Virus record (IMG/VR): IMGVR_UViG_3300026484_000295 | Location: 32,001 to 96,000 of that record | Source: a virus | Strand: one strand, 5' to 3' | Length of the DNA stretch: 64,000 bases | Part shown: positions 27,843 to 39,500 of the stretch, in pieces | How the letters are laid out: each line of letters starts with the position of its first letter | How positions within the stretch are numbered: the first letter of the stretch is position 1 | The notes under the pieces: generated by a model | What the model saw: the letters and a program-made list of their open reading frames with translations, nothing else | The model's database searches: none | Told to the model about the DNA's origin: nothing | Program-made: the position numbers and the translations under genes

Positions 27843-30800
27843 TTATCTAGTTCTTGCTGATTGAGCACCTAATATTTTTTTAGTTTCGGTAGTCAATAAT
27901 GTATTTGCTTCTGTTTTTGAATATGTTTGAGAAGCATCAGTAACTGATAAATCATTACCATTAGCATCTGTAAATACATAATTAATATCTGTAATACCTT
28001 CACCAATATTACTTATATGATTATCTAACCAAGCACTGATCTCATATGATGTTGCACTATCCATACCAGCTAAATAATTTGCACCATCTTTAATTAAAGT
28101 ATCGATTTGTATTTTTGTATAATATCTAACACCATCTGGCATATCTATTGAAATATTCAATCTATCAAACCATTTTTGTATATCATCACTATTAATACTA
28201 TCAATACCATTTGCTAATTGTAATGATTTTCTTATAATTTCAATAATTTCAGCTTTATTATAGTTTCCTGTTAAATCTGGAATAGGTCTAAATTCATCTG
28301 CTCTTGGATAAGTATTACCAAATTCATCAGTACCATCTTGAACTTCATACCCTAAAGCACTAAACGTACCTGGATCCGATGGATTAATATTATCAATCCA
28401 AGCTTCTAAACCAATATTAGTACTGTCACCCGTATGGAATAATCGCAACATATCATCAGTAACATCAGTACCATTTTCTAAAATATTCTGTGTTATTCTC
28501 TGTAAACCTTCTATTAAAATCAATTTAATTTCTAATTTAGTAAAATATCCAGATGCATCACCCTTAATAGTTGATATTAAAGACTTCATTTTAGAAGCCC
28601 AATTATCCAATCTTAGTTTAGTCACTCTTACAGCTTCATCCATATTTGTAGTAGTAACATATTTTATATTATCCGTATAATCTTTAGGATTCCATCCTAA
28701 TTGTACCGCATGCCCACCATATTTTTCAGAATACATAGCATCAATTCTATACCACCCGGCTACAGCAAAATCGTAAGAATATGCTGTATCTCTACAACAA
28801 TATTTATTTGATGCAATTTTCTCTTCATTTATATAAATTGCATGTGGATCATCACCATTCATTTTAACATAATCTAATTTAAAAGGTTTTTCAACAAATA
28901 TCCAAGTTGTATATATAGCATGATAATTATGAACATTACCCCAAACAGTTGGACCAGCAATATAACCTTTATTCCAAACTTTTCCTAATCTATCAGTATA
29001 AGTTTTTGTAAAATCTACTACTTTTACTTCTTTTTCTGCTAACGGAGTTCTACCATTTTCTATAAAATCTTTTTTAAGATCTAAATGTCTTGTTCCTAAC
29101 CAACCATCAAATCTAGTACCTTTAAAAGCCCAGTTCTCAAGTTTATCAGAACCAACTGGTGGAAGAATTCTAGCAGATGAAGCTAAAACTAACCCTTCAT
29201 AAATCAATTCTAACGATTCTGCTCTAGAATAAATTTCCGTGTCAGCATCCAATGATAAATCTTTTACCGATAATCGTCTAATCCATCTATCAAGTGTTTC
29301 ATCATCTAGCATTGTCTCACTTACAATAGATTTTAAAACTGTTACTAAAAATTTCATAAATTCTGCTTTTGTATAAGGTCCTTCCATATTTTCAACAAAT
29401 GAATTTACCATTCCAGTTATTTCCTCTCTTGTAGGTCTAGCTCCAGCTGTAAATGCATCAGTTGTATTATAATCTGTTAAACCAAGAATAGTATCTATTA
29501 AAAGACTTGTTGAAATATCTTTAGTAAATACATTAGCACTTAAATCGGCTAAATTAATATTAGTCGTTTCAAGACTTTGAGTTAATTCTTCATCTTTAGT
29601 ATCCATATCCTTTCGTACTGAAGCTTCAACTTTTGCTATATTATCATAAATTAAATTTGCCGTCGTATTAATATAACTCGTTGTTTGATCGAATCTTAAA
29701 TTAGTAGCAACCGAAAACTCATCTAAATCTTTAAATCCTTTTTCAACATTGGCTTCTAAATCTTCAATTCTTTTTCTTTGATCATTAGCATCAATTCTTA
29801 AATCAAAAATATCTCTAGTATTAATTTCATCATATAATAAACCATCCGGTCTATAAGTTGTTCTAGACACCATAGAACCACCGGCTTTATAATCTGCTGA
29901 GAATAACCAATTTAACATAACTTTAAATTTTGCCTTTCTATCTCTACCAACTGATGAAGTTTCTAATGTTGCAGCATTTTCATCAACAAGTGTGAAACCC
30001 GAAATATCATCTGCAAAATCTTCTATATCTTCAGATACATGTATTCCATTAATAAAGAATGATGTCCCATTATCATTAAATTCTGGATGATATACACCTT
30101 GATTTCTTCTATTTACAATAGCAACCGGAATTGCATATACGTAATTATTATGAGATAAATTCGTTGGCTCTTCTACGGTAAATAGAGCATCATCAAATAA
30201 TTTTCCTTCTTTATACAATAATGAATTTGGATTACTTGCTTGAATTAATGTTCCACCAGCAAATATTTGTAAGGTTTCAGTAATTGGTTGTCCAGTTGCA
30301 TCTTCTCCAACTTCTTGTGTAACAATTCTACTAGTAACTGGAGATTTCCCTTGGAATCTTAATCCTTCAGACATATATGGTGATGTCCCTTTAAAAAAGT
30401 TATTAAATAAGTTCAACCCAACAATTCTAGTTCTATATCTTATTTGTACTAATTTATCACCGTCAAAATAAAGGTTATGGTCTGCATTATGAAAAATAGT
30501 TTTTCTTTCTTCATCACTTAATTCGGATAATTTCCATCCTCTACCAATAGTATTATCTTCAACAAATGTTTCATCAATAAGTTTCTTTTCTTTATCTGTA
30601 ACAGAATCAAATGCAGTTCCATCATAATAGTTATACACAATATTACTTTTTTGAAATGATTGACAATATTGTTTCGCTCCATCTGGAATTGCTGCTGTCT
30701 CACCATTAACAGTATCATAAAATATATGATCAAAAATAACAGTATCAATATTATCAGATGTAGACCCTTGATATTGTACATTTCCAAATGGGAATATAAA

Positions 30801-33800
30801 ATCTGTTTCATCAACGGCTTCATGCCAAACTTCAATAAATACCAAATCTTTTCTTTCTAGTACAACAATATCAATAAGATCGAATTCATCATTACGTCTA
30901 ATAGTAACTTCTTGACCAATTTCCTCAAGCATAGTTAAAGTTAAGTCCTGACCCTCTTGAATATAATCTAGTCCTTCAATCCAATTAATTTCTTCATATA
31001 TAACTTCAAATGGGATTTCAGCCCCATCATCTTCTTCAATATTAAAATCGATAGCAAATGTAATTTGTCCACCTTCAGAAATAACACGTTTAGATGTAAA
31101 CTCTTCAGCACCAGTAGATAATAATCTTACAACAACTTGGTCTCTATCTTTGGTATCTAATATAGTAAATGTTTTACCAAATCGGTAATAACCTACTTTT
31201 GGTACTGTTATATCTTCCCATGTATTTTGTAGTTCTGTCTCAACACCATTAATATTACGTGTTATAAAGAATCCTTCATCATTTTCTTCAACCATAAAAG
31301 TTCTAGTATATTTGTAATAATAAACAATATTTCCATCTTCATCTAATAATGGATTTCCATCTTCACCATACTTTACAAGTTTTAAAACAAACTGATCTAA
31401 ATCTGATGATAATATATCAATAACTTTTTGTTTTTCTGACGGTGTTAAAATCATCGTATTGGTCATATTATTAATGTATTCTTCATTTAGATCATTAACC
31501 ATATCATCAACCATAATTTCTTTAGCTTTTTGTAAGTAAGAAACAACTTTTACATCATCTAAATTTAAAATATTATTTCCATCATTATCAACAATAAAGT
31601 ATTCTAATGATACATTGTCCGATAGTGATAATTGTTCTGCATTTTTAGCCCACTCAATATCAAAATTACTAAACCAATTACCTGTTAAATCAGAATCAAT
31701 TTCTAAATATTGTCTTAATAACTCTTTTTGCAAATCATCCGATTCTCGTAATAAGCTTCGTTTTAATATAGGATTTCCTAATGAATCAACTTTAGTTTGT
31801 CCAATAAATTTATAAAATTTTAAATTTTCTTTATCAAAGACTACATCACCATTTTTAAGTACTTTACCTTCGGGTAAAGTTTCACCCATAATCCATGTAT
31901 ATTCATGTCCTTCAATAACTTGTGGTACAACAATATCAAATTTATTTTTATTAATATCAAATGGCACAGTTACCTTTGGTTGTGGTTCTTTAGTAATAAA
32001 ATCTATTTTGAGTTCTGCCTGTGGAGCTTGTATTCTTTTTAATACCATTATATCTGTCATTGTACCATATAAAAGAGTAAGAATATTTTTAGATAAGAAA
32101 TACCCTTCACCATAAATCATTGCTGGATCTTCATTTACTGCTACCGTTTGTAAACCAGTTAAACGCAATGTAAAATCATTTGCTCTATTTCCAGTATATT
32201 CTCCAAAATAAGTAATTTTTTCTAATGTAAGAATATATGATTCTAATGATGTATTATTATCTATAAAGAAATTTTGATCGTCTAAAATAAATAAATTTTC
32301 GCCATCTTGAGCTGCTATTTTTTCAATAGTATAAGGGTCTTTTTTAACAACTGTTAATTCGCCAGAAATACTATCTTGCTCCCAAACATGTCTAATAATA
32401 GTAAATCTAATAACATCATTCTTATCAGCATTAAAGATTTTATAATTTTGACCTTTTCTTTCATACTCTAATTCTTGAACTGTTACATCTTCCCAAAATA
32501 CTCCACCTTCTACAACTGCTATAGTTTTATTATCAACTGGCATAGCTTCATATGAAAGAGCAGAACCCAAATATTGAAAATATTTATCATCTTTTTTAAC
32601 AATATCATTATAATCTAATTGTTCACCAGGTAATAATTCCTGTCCATCTGTCCAATTAAAACTATTTCCAGTTAATGGTTCTGGCATAACAATTATACCA
32701 TTATCATTAGCCCAATGGCCATCAATATCATTTGTTGGTGTTCCAGTTTTTTCTAATCGTAAAATAATATCTTTTTTTCCAACACGCTTAATATATAATG
32801 TATCACCTTTATTAATTTCTTCATTAAATTCTAAAGGTTTATCTAAACTCAATAATCCATCTATCTCATAATCACTATAAATTGAAAGTGATTGTCCATT
32901 TCTAGTCAATTCAATATTACCTTGAATAATATTAAAATCAACAGGAATAACTAAGTTTAATACATCTTCTAATACCTCTTCAGTTTCAAATACAGGCATT
33001 ATATCATTATAAGAAATTGTTATAGGTGTTTCGACGCCATCTTCGGAAATTGTTACCATTTTAAGATTATCTTCAGAATCTACATAAACATAAACTTTTG
33101 TACTATCAGATTTTTTCTCAAAAACTCTATAACCGTTAACGTCAGTTAATTGAATTTCTTGTTTTGATTCATCTAAAATATATGTTCTTAATGATTCATT
33201 ATCAATATAAAATGTAAGATTATTAGCAACATAAATCATAATATCTGAATGCTTATACGTATCAGAATTATCTAATGTACCTTCAAAAATTTCTTGGACA
33301 TCATTCGATGGTGTATATAAGTTACCTCTACTATCAAGAAAGTAAATATCCCCATCTGATTTTTTATAATATTTTGTACCAACTTCATGATAATAATAAA
33401 ATACTTTACCGGCACTATGAGTATATAATTCACTATTAAGTGTAGTTATTAAAATATTTTCCGTAGTGATTTTAACAGCTCTATTAGCATTAACATCATT
33501 ACTAGTATAATTGCCATCAGCATCTAAAGTACTAACAATATTACCACCATTACCAACCATTAAAGTATCTACTCTATAATAATTAATTTCAGTTGTATCA
33601 ATAGTATGTATATCTTTAACATCATAATCATCTAAATTATCTTGAACTGTTATAGTTGTAGCAATATTACCATCAGTATCAGTTATATCTGCCACATCAA
33701 CATATTTTACATAAGATTTATCGACTACTATTTTAGATGCTCCAGCTGTTGCAGGAATATAATTTCCATCTGCATCTTTTCGTAATGTACCATCTTCATA

Positions 33801-34973
33801 TAACCAAACAAAATCTCCTGATGCATACGTTTCATCATTAAGTTGTTTTGAATAAGGATAATAAAAATATTTTTTTCCTGTATTTAAATACATTCTTATA
33901 TTTTTATCTTCTATATATTCATTTCCATGATTGTCAGTTTGAACTTCAAATCCTTGTTCAGATACAATTACTTTATTAAGAATATCAGTATCAAGACCAT
34001 TTATTGTTTGTGTAGTAATATTATATGTTACTAGCATAGGTTGCGTTATTTCAGATTCAACCAATACACCATTTTCTTCAACAAATCTAGTAACTGTCAT
34101 AGTATCCAAAAATACATCGGAGTCATTATGTTGTAATCTTACCTCTGTAGCATCATTAGATACCGATGGCACTATATCAAAAATTCTTGAGGTATCAGGA
34201 TCAATATATTGCGCTACAGCTTCAGAATTATAAATTCTTTCAAATTGAAAAGTATTACCAAAATCTATTGAATATCGAGTATATGGTTCTACTAAAGGAT
34301 CTGCATCCGGATCGGTTTCAATATATGATGTTCCATCATCTCTTAAATAGAAAACATTACTATCTTCATCCATATAATAATATTTTAGAACATCACCGTT
34401 AATCATTTGATCTATATCAATCTTATATTCATCAGTTATTCTATTAGTTACTGTAATAGTTATTGCAGAATCAGTTATTACTTTTTCATTAATAATAGTT
34501 TTTTTAGGTTGGAAATTTAATACCATATCGTTATCTTCTGGAAAGAAAACTGGAAGGTTTGGAGCAATAGGAAGTTGCATCATTTTTGATATATCTTGAC
34601 CAATATCACCTTTAGTATAATTAATATTATAACCTGCTACATTAATACCTCTTTTTTGACCATCAATGGTTTGTGGTTCAAATGGCGATTCATTCTCATC
34701 TAAATTTGAAATCCATACACCTGTATCTGCCTGTTCACCATTTCTAAATGGTACGAAATTTCTATTGATTTCAATAAACCCAGATTTCTCTAAGTTACGT
34801 TTATTAACTTCAATATCCCTTTCAATATGCGTTGTTTCTGGTAATCCAAATACAACATCTATTTCAGCAATTTTTGCTTCTAAATAATCCGAAAATGCTG
34901 CTGATACATTATTGAGATCGTTATCAATTTTCTCAAATACTTCACTATGAAGTTGATCTAATCTAATACCCAT
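27843..34973 (-). CDS. Giant virion fibre/structural protein with a PA14-like domain
   Basis: 2376 aa, acidic. Shares blocks with 36509..39793. GDDPHAIYIN...GWYRIDAMYSEKYGGHAVQLGW is PA14-like. Confidence 0.65.
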   Translation of the reverse strand: MGIRLDQLHSEVFEKIDNDLNNVSAAFSDYLEAKIAEIDVVFGLPETTHIERDIEVNKRNLEKSGFIEINRNFVPFRNGEQADTGVWISNLDENESPFEPQTIDGQKRGINVAGYNINYTKGDIGQDISKMMQLPIAPNLPVFFPEDNDMVLNFQPKKTIINEKVITDSAITITVTNRITDEYKIDIDQMINGDVLKYYYMDEDSNVFYLRDDGTSYIETDPDADPLVEPYTRYSIDFGNTFQFERIYNSEAVAQYIDPDTSRIFDIVPSVSNDATEVRLQHNDSDVFLDTMTVTRFVEENGVLVESEITQPMLVTYNITTQTINGLDTDILNKVIVSEQGFEVQTDNHGNEYIEDKNIRMYLNTGKKYFYYPYSKQLNDETYASGDFVWLYEDGTLRKDADGNYIPATAGASKIVVDKSYVKYVDVADITDTDGNIATTITVQDNLDDYDVKDIHTIDTTEINYYRVDTLMVGNGGNIVSTLDADGNYTSNDVNANRAVKITTENILITTLNSELYTHSAGKVFYYYHEVGTKYYKKSDGDIYFLDSRGNLYTPSNDVQEIFEGTLDNSDTYKHSDIMIYVANNLTFYIDNESLRTYILDESKQEIQLTDVNGYRVFEKKSDSTKVYVYVDSEDNLKMVTISEDGVETPITISYNDIMPVFETEEVLEDVLNLVIPVDFNIIQGNIELTRNGQSLSIYSDYEIDGLLSLDKPLEFNEEINKGDTLYIKRVGKKDIILRLEKTGTPTNDIDGHWANDNGIIVMPEPLTGNSFNWTDGQELLPGEQLDYNDIVKKDDKYFQYLGSALSYEAMPVDNKTIAVVEGGVFWEDVTVQELEYERKGQNYKIFNADKNDVIRFTIIRHVWEQDSISGELTVVKKDPYTIEKIAAQDGENLFILDDQNFFIDNNTSLESYILTLEKITYFGEYTGNRANDFTLRLTGLQTVAVNEDPAMIYGEGYFLSKNILTLLYGTMTDIMVLKRIQAPQAELKIDFITKEPQPKVTVPFDINKNKFDIVVPQVIEGHEYTWIMGETLPEGKVLKNGDVVFDKENLKFYKFIGQTKVDSLGNPILKRSLLRESDDLQKELLRQYLEIDSDLTGNWFSNFDIEWAKNAEQLSLSDNVSLEYFIVDNDGNNILNLDDVKVVSYLQKAKEIMVDDMVNDLNEEYINNMTNTMILTPSEKQKVIDILSSDLDQFVLKLVKYGEDGNPLLDEDGNIVYYYKYTRTFMVEENDEGFFITRNINGVETELQNTWEDITVPKVGYYRFGKTFTILDTKDRDQVVVRLLSTGAEEFTSKRVISEGGQITFAIDFNIEEDDGAEIPFEVIYEEINWIEGLDYIQEGQDLTLTMLEEIGQEVTIRRNDEFDLIDIVVLERKDLVFIEVWHEAVDETDFIFPFGNVQYQGSTSDNIDTVIFDHIFYDTVNGETAAIPDGAKQYCQSFQKSNIVYNYYDGTAFDSVTDKEKKLIDETFVEDNTIGRGWKLSELSDEERKTIFHNADHNLYFDGDKLVQIRYRTRIVGLNLFNNFFKGTSPYMSEGLRFQGKSPVTSRIVTQEVGEDATGQPITETLQIFAGGTLIQASNPNSLLYKEGKLFDDALFTVEEPTNLSHNNYVYAIPVAIVNRRNQGVYHPEFNDNGTSFFINGIHVSEDIEDFADDISGFTLVDENAATLETSSVGRDRKAKFKVMLNWLFSADYKAGGSMVSRTTYRPDGLLYDEINTRDIFDLRIDANDQRKRIEDLEANVEKGFKDLDEFSVATNLRFDQTTSYINTTANLIYDNIAKVEASVRKDMDTKDEELTQSLETTNINLADLSANVFTKDISTSLLIDTILGLTDYNTTDAFTAGARPTREEITGMVNSFVENMEGPYTKAEFMKFLVTVLKSIVSETMLDDETLDRWIRRLSVKDLSLDADTEIYSRAESLELIYEGLVLASSARILPPVGSDKLENWAFKGTRFDGWLGTRHLDLKKDFIENGRTPLAEKEVKVVDFTKTYTDRLGKVWNKGYIAGPTVWGNVHNYHAIYTTWIFVEKPFKLDYVKMNGDDPHAIYINEEKIASNKYCCRDTAYSYDFAVAGWYRIDAMYSEKYGGHAVQLGWNPKDYTDNIKYVTTTNMDEAVRVTKLRLDNWASKMKSLISTIKGDASGYFTKLEIKLILIEGLQRITQNILENGTDVTDDMLRLFHTGDSTNIGLEAWIDNINPSDPGTFSALGYEVQDGTDEFGNTYPRADEFRPIPDLTGNYNKAEIIEIIRKSLQLANGIDSINSDDIQKWFDRLNISIDMPDGVRYYTKIQIDTLIKDGANYLAGMDSATSYEISAWLDNHISNIGEGITDINYVFTDANGNDLSVTDASQTYSKTEANTLLTTETKKILGAQSARTR

Positions 34974-35146
34974 TATATTTCTCCTGTTTATAAAATTTTA
35001 AGCTTAAAATTCGTTGATGAAAAAGTGTGGGGAGCAGGAGTGTATTATGAAGAACTATAAAAGTATATTATAAAAACACTAATGCCGACACACCAGTCAT
35101 TATTTAATCAATTCGAGTCGGTTTCACAGAATTGATTTACTGTTTT

Positions 35147-35154
35147 TATTTATA
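35147..35154 (-). promoter_or_regulatory. T4-type late promoter TATAAATA
   Basis: Exact motif about 175 nt upstream of the 34973 ATG. Confidence 0.55.
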
Positions 35155-35168
35155 CTTAAATTTACTTT

Positions 35169-35627
35169 TTAATTAGATATTATAATTATGTCGCTACGTT
35201 TTGAATTGGGGATAATAATACTATTATCTTCTTGGCAATATTCTAAAGTAGATAATTTTAAACCATTTCTTGTAACTTCAAATGAATTATTTACAATATC
35301 GAATGAAGGTGTAAGTTTTTGTTCTTTTTTTCGTAATTTAAATTCATCTCTACGTTTTACGGGTGTCAATTCAACCCATCCATCACCATGAAATAATTTT
35401 ACTGTTTGTTCATTGGTATCATACCATAATTGTCCGGGCATAGGATTTTCTGGAGGATTATTGCCTGCAAAATTTTGTAAAATTTTTAATAAATTTTCAT
35501 TATTTGTTTTAACTATATCACCTGCGCCCTTTCCAACTAATTTTATACCTGCGAGTTCTTTAATTGTTTTATTAGGTACTTCAACAATAGATGCATGATT
35601 ATCAGTTTGTGTTAATACGATTCCCAT
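35169..35627 (-). CDS. Short fibre-anchor-domain virion protein
   Basis: ENLLKILQNFA..PPENPMPGQLWYD anchor plus a VTRNG module. Confidence 0.6.
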   Translation of the reverse strand: MGIVLTQTDNHASIVEVPNKTIKELAGIKLVGKGAGDIVKTNNENLLKILQNFAGNNPPENPMPGQLWYDTNEQTVKLFHGDGWVELTPVKRRDEFKLRKKEQKLTPSFDIVNNSFEVTRNGLKLSTLEYCQEDNSIIIPNSKRSDIIIISN

Positions 35628-35694
35628 AAGGTATCCTTATTTTTATTTTGTATTATTTATGTATTTTTATAAGATATTTTGAAGAAAGTTATGA

Positions 35695-35720
35695 TTCTAT
35701 GGGTTTAAAAACCCATAGAA
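35695..35720. terminator. Hairpin downstream of the 35726 ORF
   Basis: TTCTATGGGTTT-AA-AAACCCATAGAA inverted repeat. Confidence 0.55.
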
Positions 35721-35725
35721 AAGAA

Positions 35726-36472
35726 TTAGTTATAGTCTGCTGATAAAATATCAGAAATGATATTCTGTCTCTCAACATATTTATTTATTGCATTTGAATC
35801 ATGCGGTGTTAAATTATCACCATTAATCTGTTTAATTAATGCAGTTAATGCATTAGACATATCAGCGATTAAATCTTTGTCATCACCAACTTGTACATTA
35901 ATTTCTTGTCTAACAAGAATCTTTTTAATTGATTGTTCTTTGTCATCACTTAATGACGGTATTGGTCTAGCAGGTGCTGAGGTAATACCTCTGAATCCAG
36001 CTAAATAGCCATTATTAGATTCTAAATCATTTCTTAATTCTAAAGCAACAGTATAAGGTGTCTGGTGTACCTCTTTAACTTTATGTGTTTCTCTAGTATA
36101 GTGATCATAGAACTCTTTCTCAACCGTTATTGTACCTTCAGTACATTCAGCAATTCTTGCTTTAATATTTGCTTGAACATCCGGTGTCAAAGGATTGCCA
36201 TTTCTATCACCATTTTTTAGTTTTAACTCTAAAGTCTCTCGTTCAGCATCCATTTTTTGTAAATCTGTTTGAGCCTTAAACCAAGCATCTTCAATACCTA
36301 TTAATTCTCGTTCCGCTTCACCTTTTAAAGTTGTATTAGCAATAGAATTGATAACTTTCTGGTTGTCAATTCCTGATAATCTTTCGATTAAATTTTCTGC
36401 TGCTGTAAACGAATACTCTGCAACTCTTGTAACTGTTCCATTATTAAATGAATATTTGTATTTTGTAACCAT
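35726..36472 (-). CDS. Putative fibre partner protein
   Basis: C-terminal 'VRQEI..QVGDDKDLIAD' resembles the chaperone-like paralog motif; follows the 1094-aa fibre. Confidence 0.5.
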   Translation of the reverse strand: MVTKYKYSFNNGTVTRVAEYSFTAAENLIERLSGIDNQKVINSIANTTLKGEAERELIGIEDAWFKAQTDLQKMDAERETLELKLKNGDRNGNPLTPDVQANIKARIAECTEGTITVEKEFYDHYTRETHKVKEVHQTPYTVALELRNDLESNNGYLAGFRGITSAPARPIPSLSDDKEQSIKKILVRQEINVQVGDDKDLIADMSNALTALIKQINGDNLTPHDSNAINKYVERQNIISDILSADYN

Positions 36473-36496
36473 TATAAATCTCCTTTATTAGAGTTC

Positions 36497-36510
36497 AAGG
36501 GCGAACCCTT
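36497..36510 (-). other. UUCG-tetraloop hairpin between fibre and partner gene
   Basis: AAGGG-TTCG-CCCTT on the minus strand. Confidence 0.5.
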
Positions 36511-39500
36511 AAACTGCATCTCCAAAATAATATGGAAGTTTAATTTTTCTATGTCCAACTTTAACCATATTTCCTGTACCACCATTATCATCTGTTGTTT
36601 CACCATCAACTACAACAAATTGATTGTTATCTAGTTTATATGCAACACCATTAATATCAACATCCATATCTAACTCTTTATATAAAAGTTTCAAGAACAT
36701 TTCACCTCTAACAGAAGTAATATATGGTAAAATTTTAATAGCTGGACCATTACCTGCTAAATCAACTTCAGCATGAGTTAAAATTGACCATTCATTATTT
36801 AAAACTGCTCCATCTTCACCTTTATTTACTAAGTAAGTTGAAAGTGGAATTCTTTTTGCTGCACCTTTTGAACCAAGTGGAGCATCATGAATTGAAACTT
36901 TATCCATTAAATTAGATATAGCTTTGCATCCTAAATCTTGTTTAAGAGCATTACCCAACCAAATATCACCTAACATATCTACTTTTGTTGAAACTGTAAT
37001 AGATGTTGGGTTAGATGAAACTTCATAATAAATCTCAACTATAGCATCATCTGTAAATGTTTCCCAGTTAATAGCAATAGTATTATTATTAGTTAAATAA
37101 ACTGAATTTTCAAATCCAAATGTAGCAGGCGTTTCATCTACTTGATCAATAATTGATTTACCATTATTTGATGCCGTGATTTGTGTTAAAAAGGCTTTTT
37201 TTCCAGCTTTTTTATCAGTTGTTACAATAACTTTTTTGATAGTCTCTACTGGTTTAGACAATTTAAAAAATTTAGTGTTTGTATAAACTTGTTTATTTTG
37301 ATTATCATCCCATATACCACTAATAACATCTCTTGGTAGCATAGAATCACCTTCCTCATTAACAACCATAGCAGTACCTAAATTTCCATACATTTTCCAA
37401 CCCTCAGAATAACCACCTTTATCAGTAATATCAATCCAAGTATTTGTATCGGTTTCATCTATTGAAAAATAACCTGCGTTATCAGTTTGCGTACCTTGAA
37501 TATCATTTAAATTTTTTGTAGCTCCTCTATAAACATAATAATTTTGACCTGTAAATGCAATATTACCATTTTCTAAAATAGTGTCAGCATCTAAATCATT
37601 ACCAGTATGCATAGAAGTACTAAATTTAAATGAATTTCCTTTTGGATCTCCAATTATATCTGCAAATAATTGTGATTTTCTAGCAGCTCTATCTTTTGGT
37701 GAAACTAAAATAAATTCTGTAACTTCATCAATGTAAATTGCGCCGTCTGAAATTACTATTTTTTGGATTAAATTTCCATCAATATCAGTTTGTTCTTCAC
37801 CATTTGTATCTAAAACAGGCATTAATTTTACTTGTACTCTTCTAGTGAATTTATTAGAATAAAATGGTCTTGGATTGGTATCCGTTGACTCAACACCAGG
37901 TCTTACAAATAAAGAAGATGTATAACCGCTTGTGATATTCGTAGCAATTTTAGCATCCATACCAGTAATTTCGCTTCCATCTGCAAGTTTATAGTAAATT
38001 GGCAATTCAGTAACATAACCATAACCTTTTACGTTCTCACCATTATCCATTAAATATGAACCGTCAGCTTGTTGTACTAAAGCATTTTGAGCAATATTAC
38101 CTTCCCAATGATATAGATGGTTTTCTTGCTCCCATCCTCTTTGTTCACCAAGAATGAATTTATTAAATTCTTGTTCTAGTATATATACCAAATCTAATTG
38201 CTTATTAATATCAATTCTTAAATCATGTACATCAACTTCATTAACTTCATCATAATATAGTCCGTCATATCTTCCAGAAATACCAGAATTCATATCACCA
38301 CCAATAACAAATCCGGCAGCATTATCATATGAAGCTAAGATGGTTGTTCTATCAAATAACCAATTCATCATAATTTCATATTTATCTTCCCAAGTTGCAC
38401 CAGTTGTAGATGATGCTAGAGTAGCATTAGCAATATCCATTAGTGCAAATCCTATAATATCATCAGATTCATCATAATCTGCAACTAATCTTAAACCATC
38501 TCTAAATCTTGCAGAACCATTAGGATTAAATATTGTATCAAAAACACCTGTATTTCTTCTTGAAACTACAGCTAGAGGTAATGCAAATACATAACCATCT
38601 TGTGATAAATCTGTCGTATATTCTGTTGAATATGTACCATTAAGCGAATGTGGATTATCTTCATTAAAAGGAGCTAATATTTTATAATTATCATCAGAGT
38701 TGTTAATAGTACCTAGTTTACCTTGCGCTTTAATTACTGATGTTGCATCATTATCTTTTGTATATCCTAATACAGTAGTATCTGTTAAAAGTGTAGCAGG
38801 ATTCTTAGCAAAAGAGACAACTCTTACTCTATACCTAATTTGTACAAGTTTATCACCATCTACAAATATATTATGTTTATAATTTGCTGCAATTATATTT
38901 TTATAAGCAGCTTTTAAATTAGTCCATTGCCAACCTCTACCTTTTGGTTTTTCAGTTGTTGTTTCATTACCATTTTGATCAATTTCTGTTAGAGTAATTG
39001 AATCACCATCGAATGATTCACAATAACCTACCTCACCTGTAAAATATTCAGTAGCTATACCATCTGCATTTTCACCAGTATATTGTACATTACCATATGG
39101 GAAAACAAATCCAGTTTCAGTAATATCCTCTCTCCATACTTCTAAAAATACTAATTCATCTCTTACTAATTCATCAACTGTATTTGGTGCGTCTGGTAAA
39201 TTTATTGCCATTAATTTATTATCAGTAATTACCTCGCTATTAGGGATAGTACCTTGTATTGTTAAATTGATACCATCAACTAATACTTCAGTTAATTCAC
39301 CTGTACTTGGATCTAATGTATCTTCAGTATAACCATTAGCATTCAATAAAAAGAAATTTTCAAACCAGAATTTCTTAATAGCATTTTCACCTTCTCCAAT
39401 AATACCGGCAATTCTTGGAATTCCATCATTTGCTAACATCGACTTATTAATAGTTTTAGAACTATTAATTTTACCACCAAATTCTAAGAAACCAGAACCA

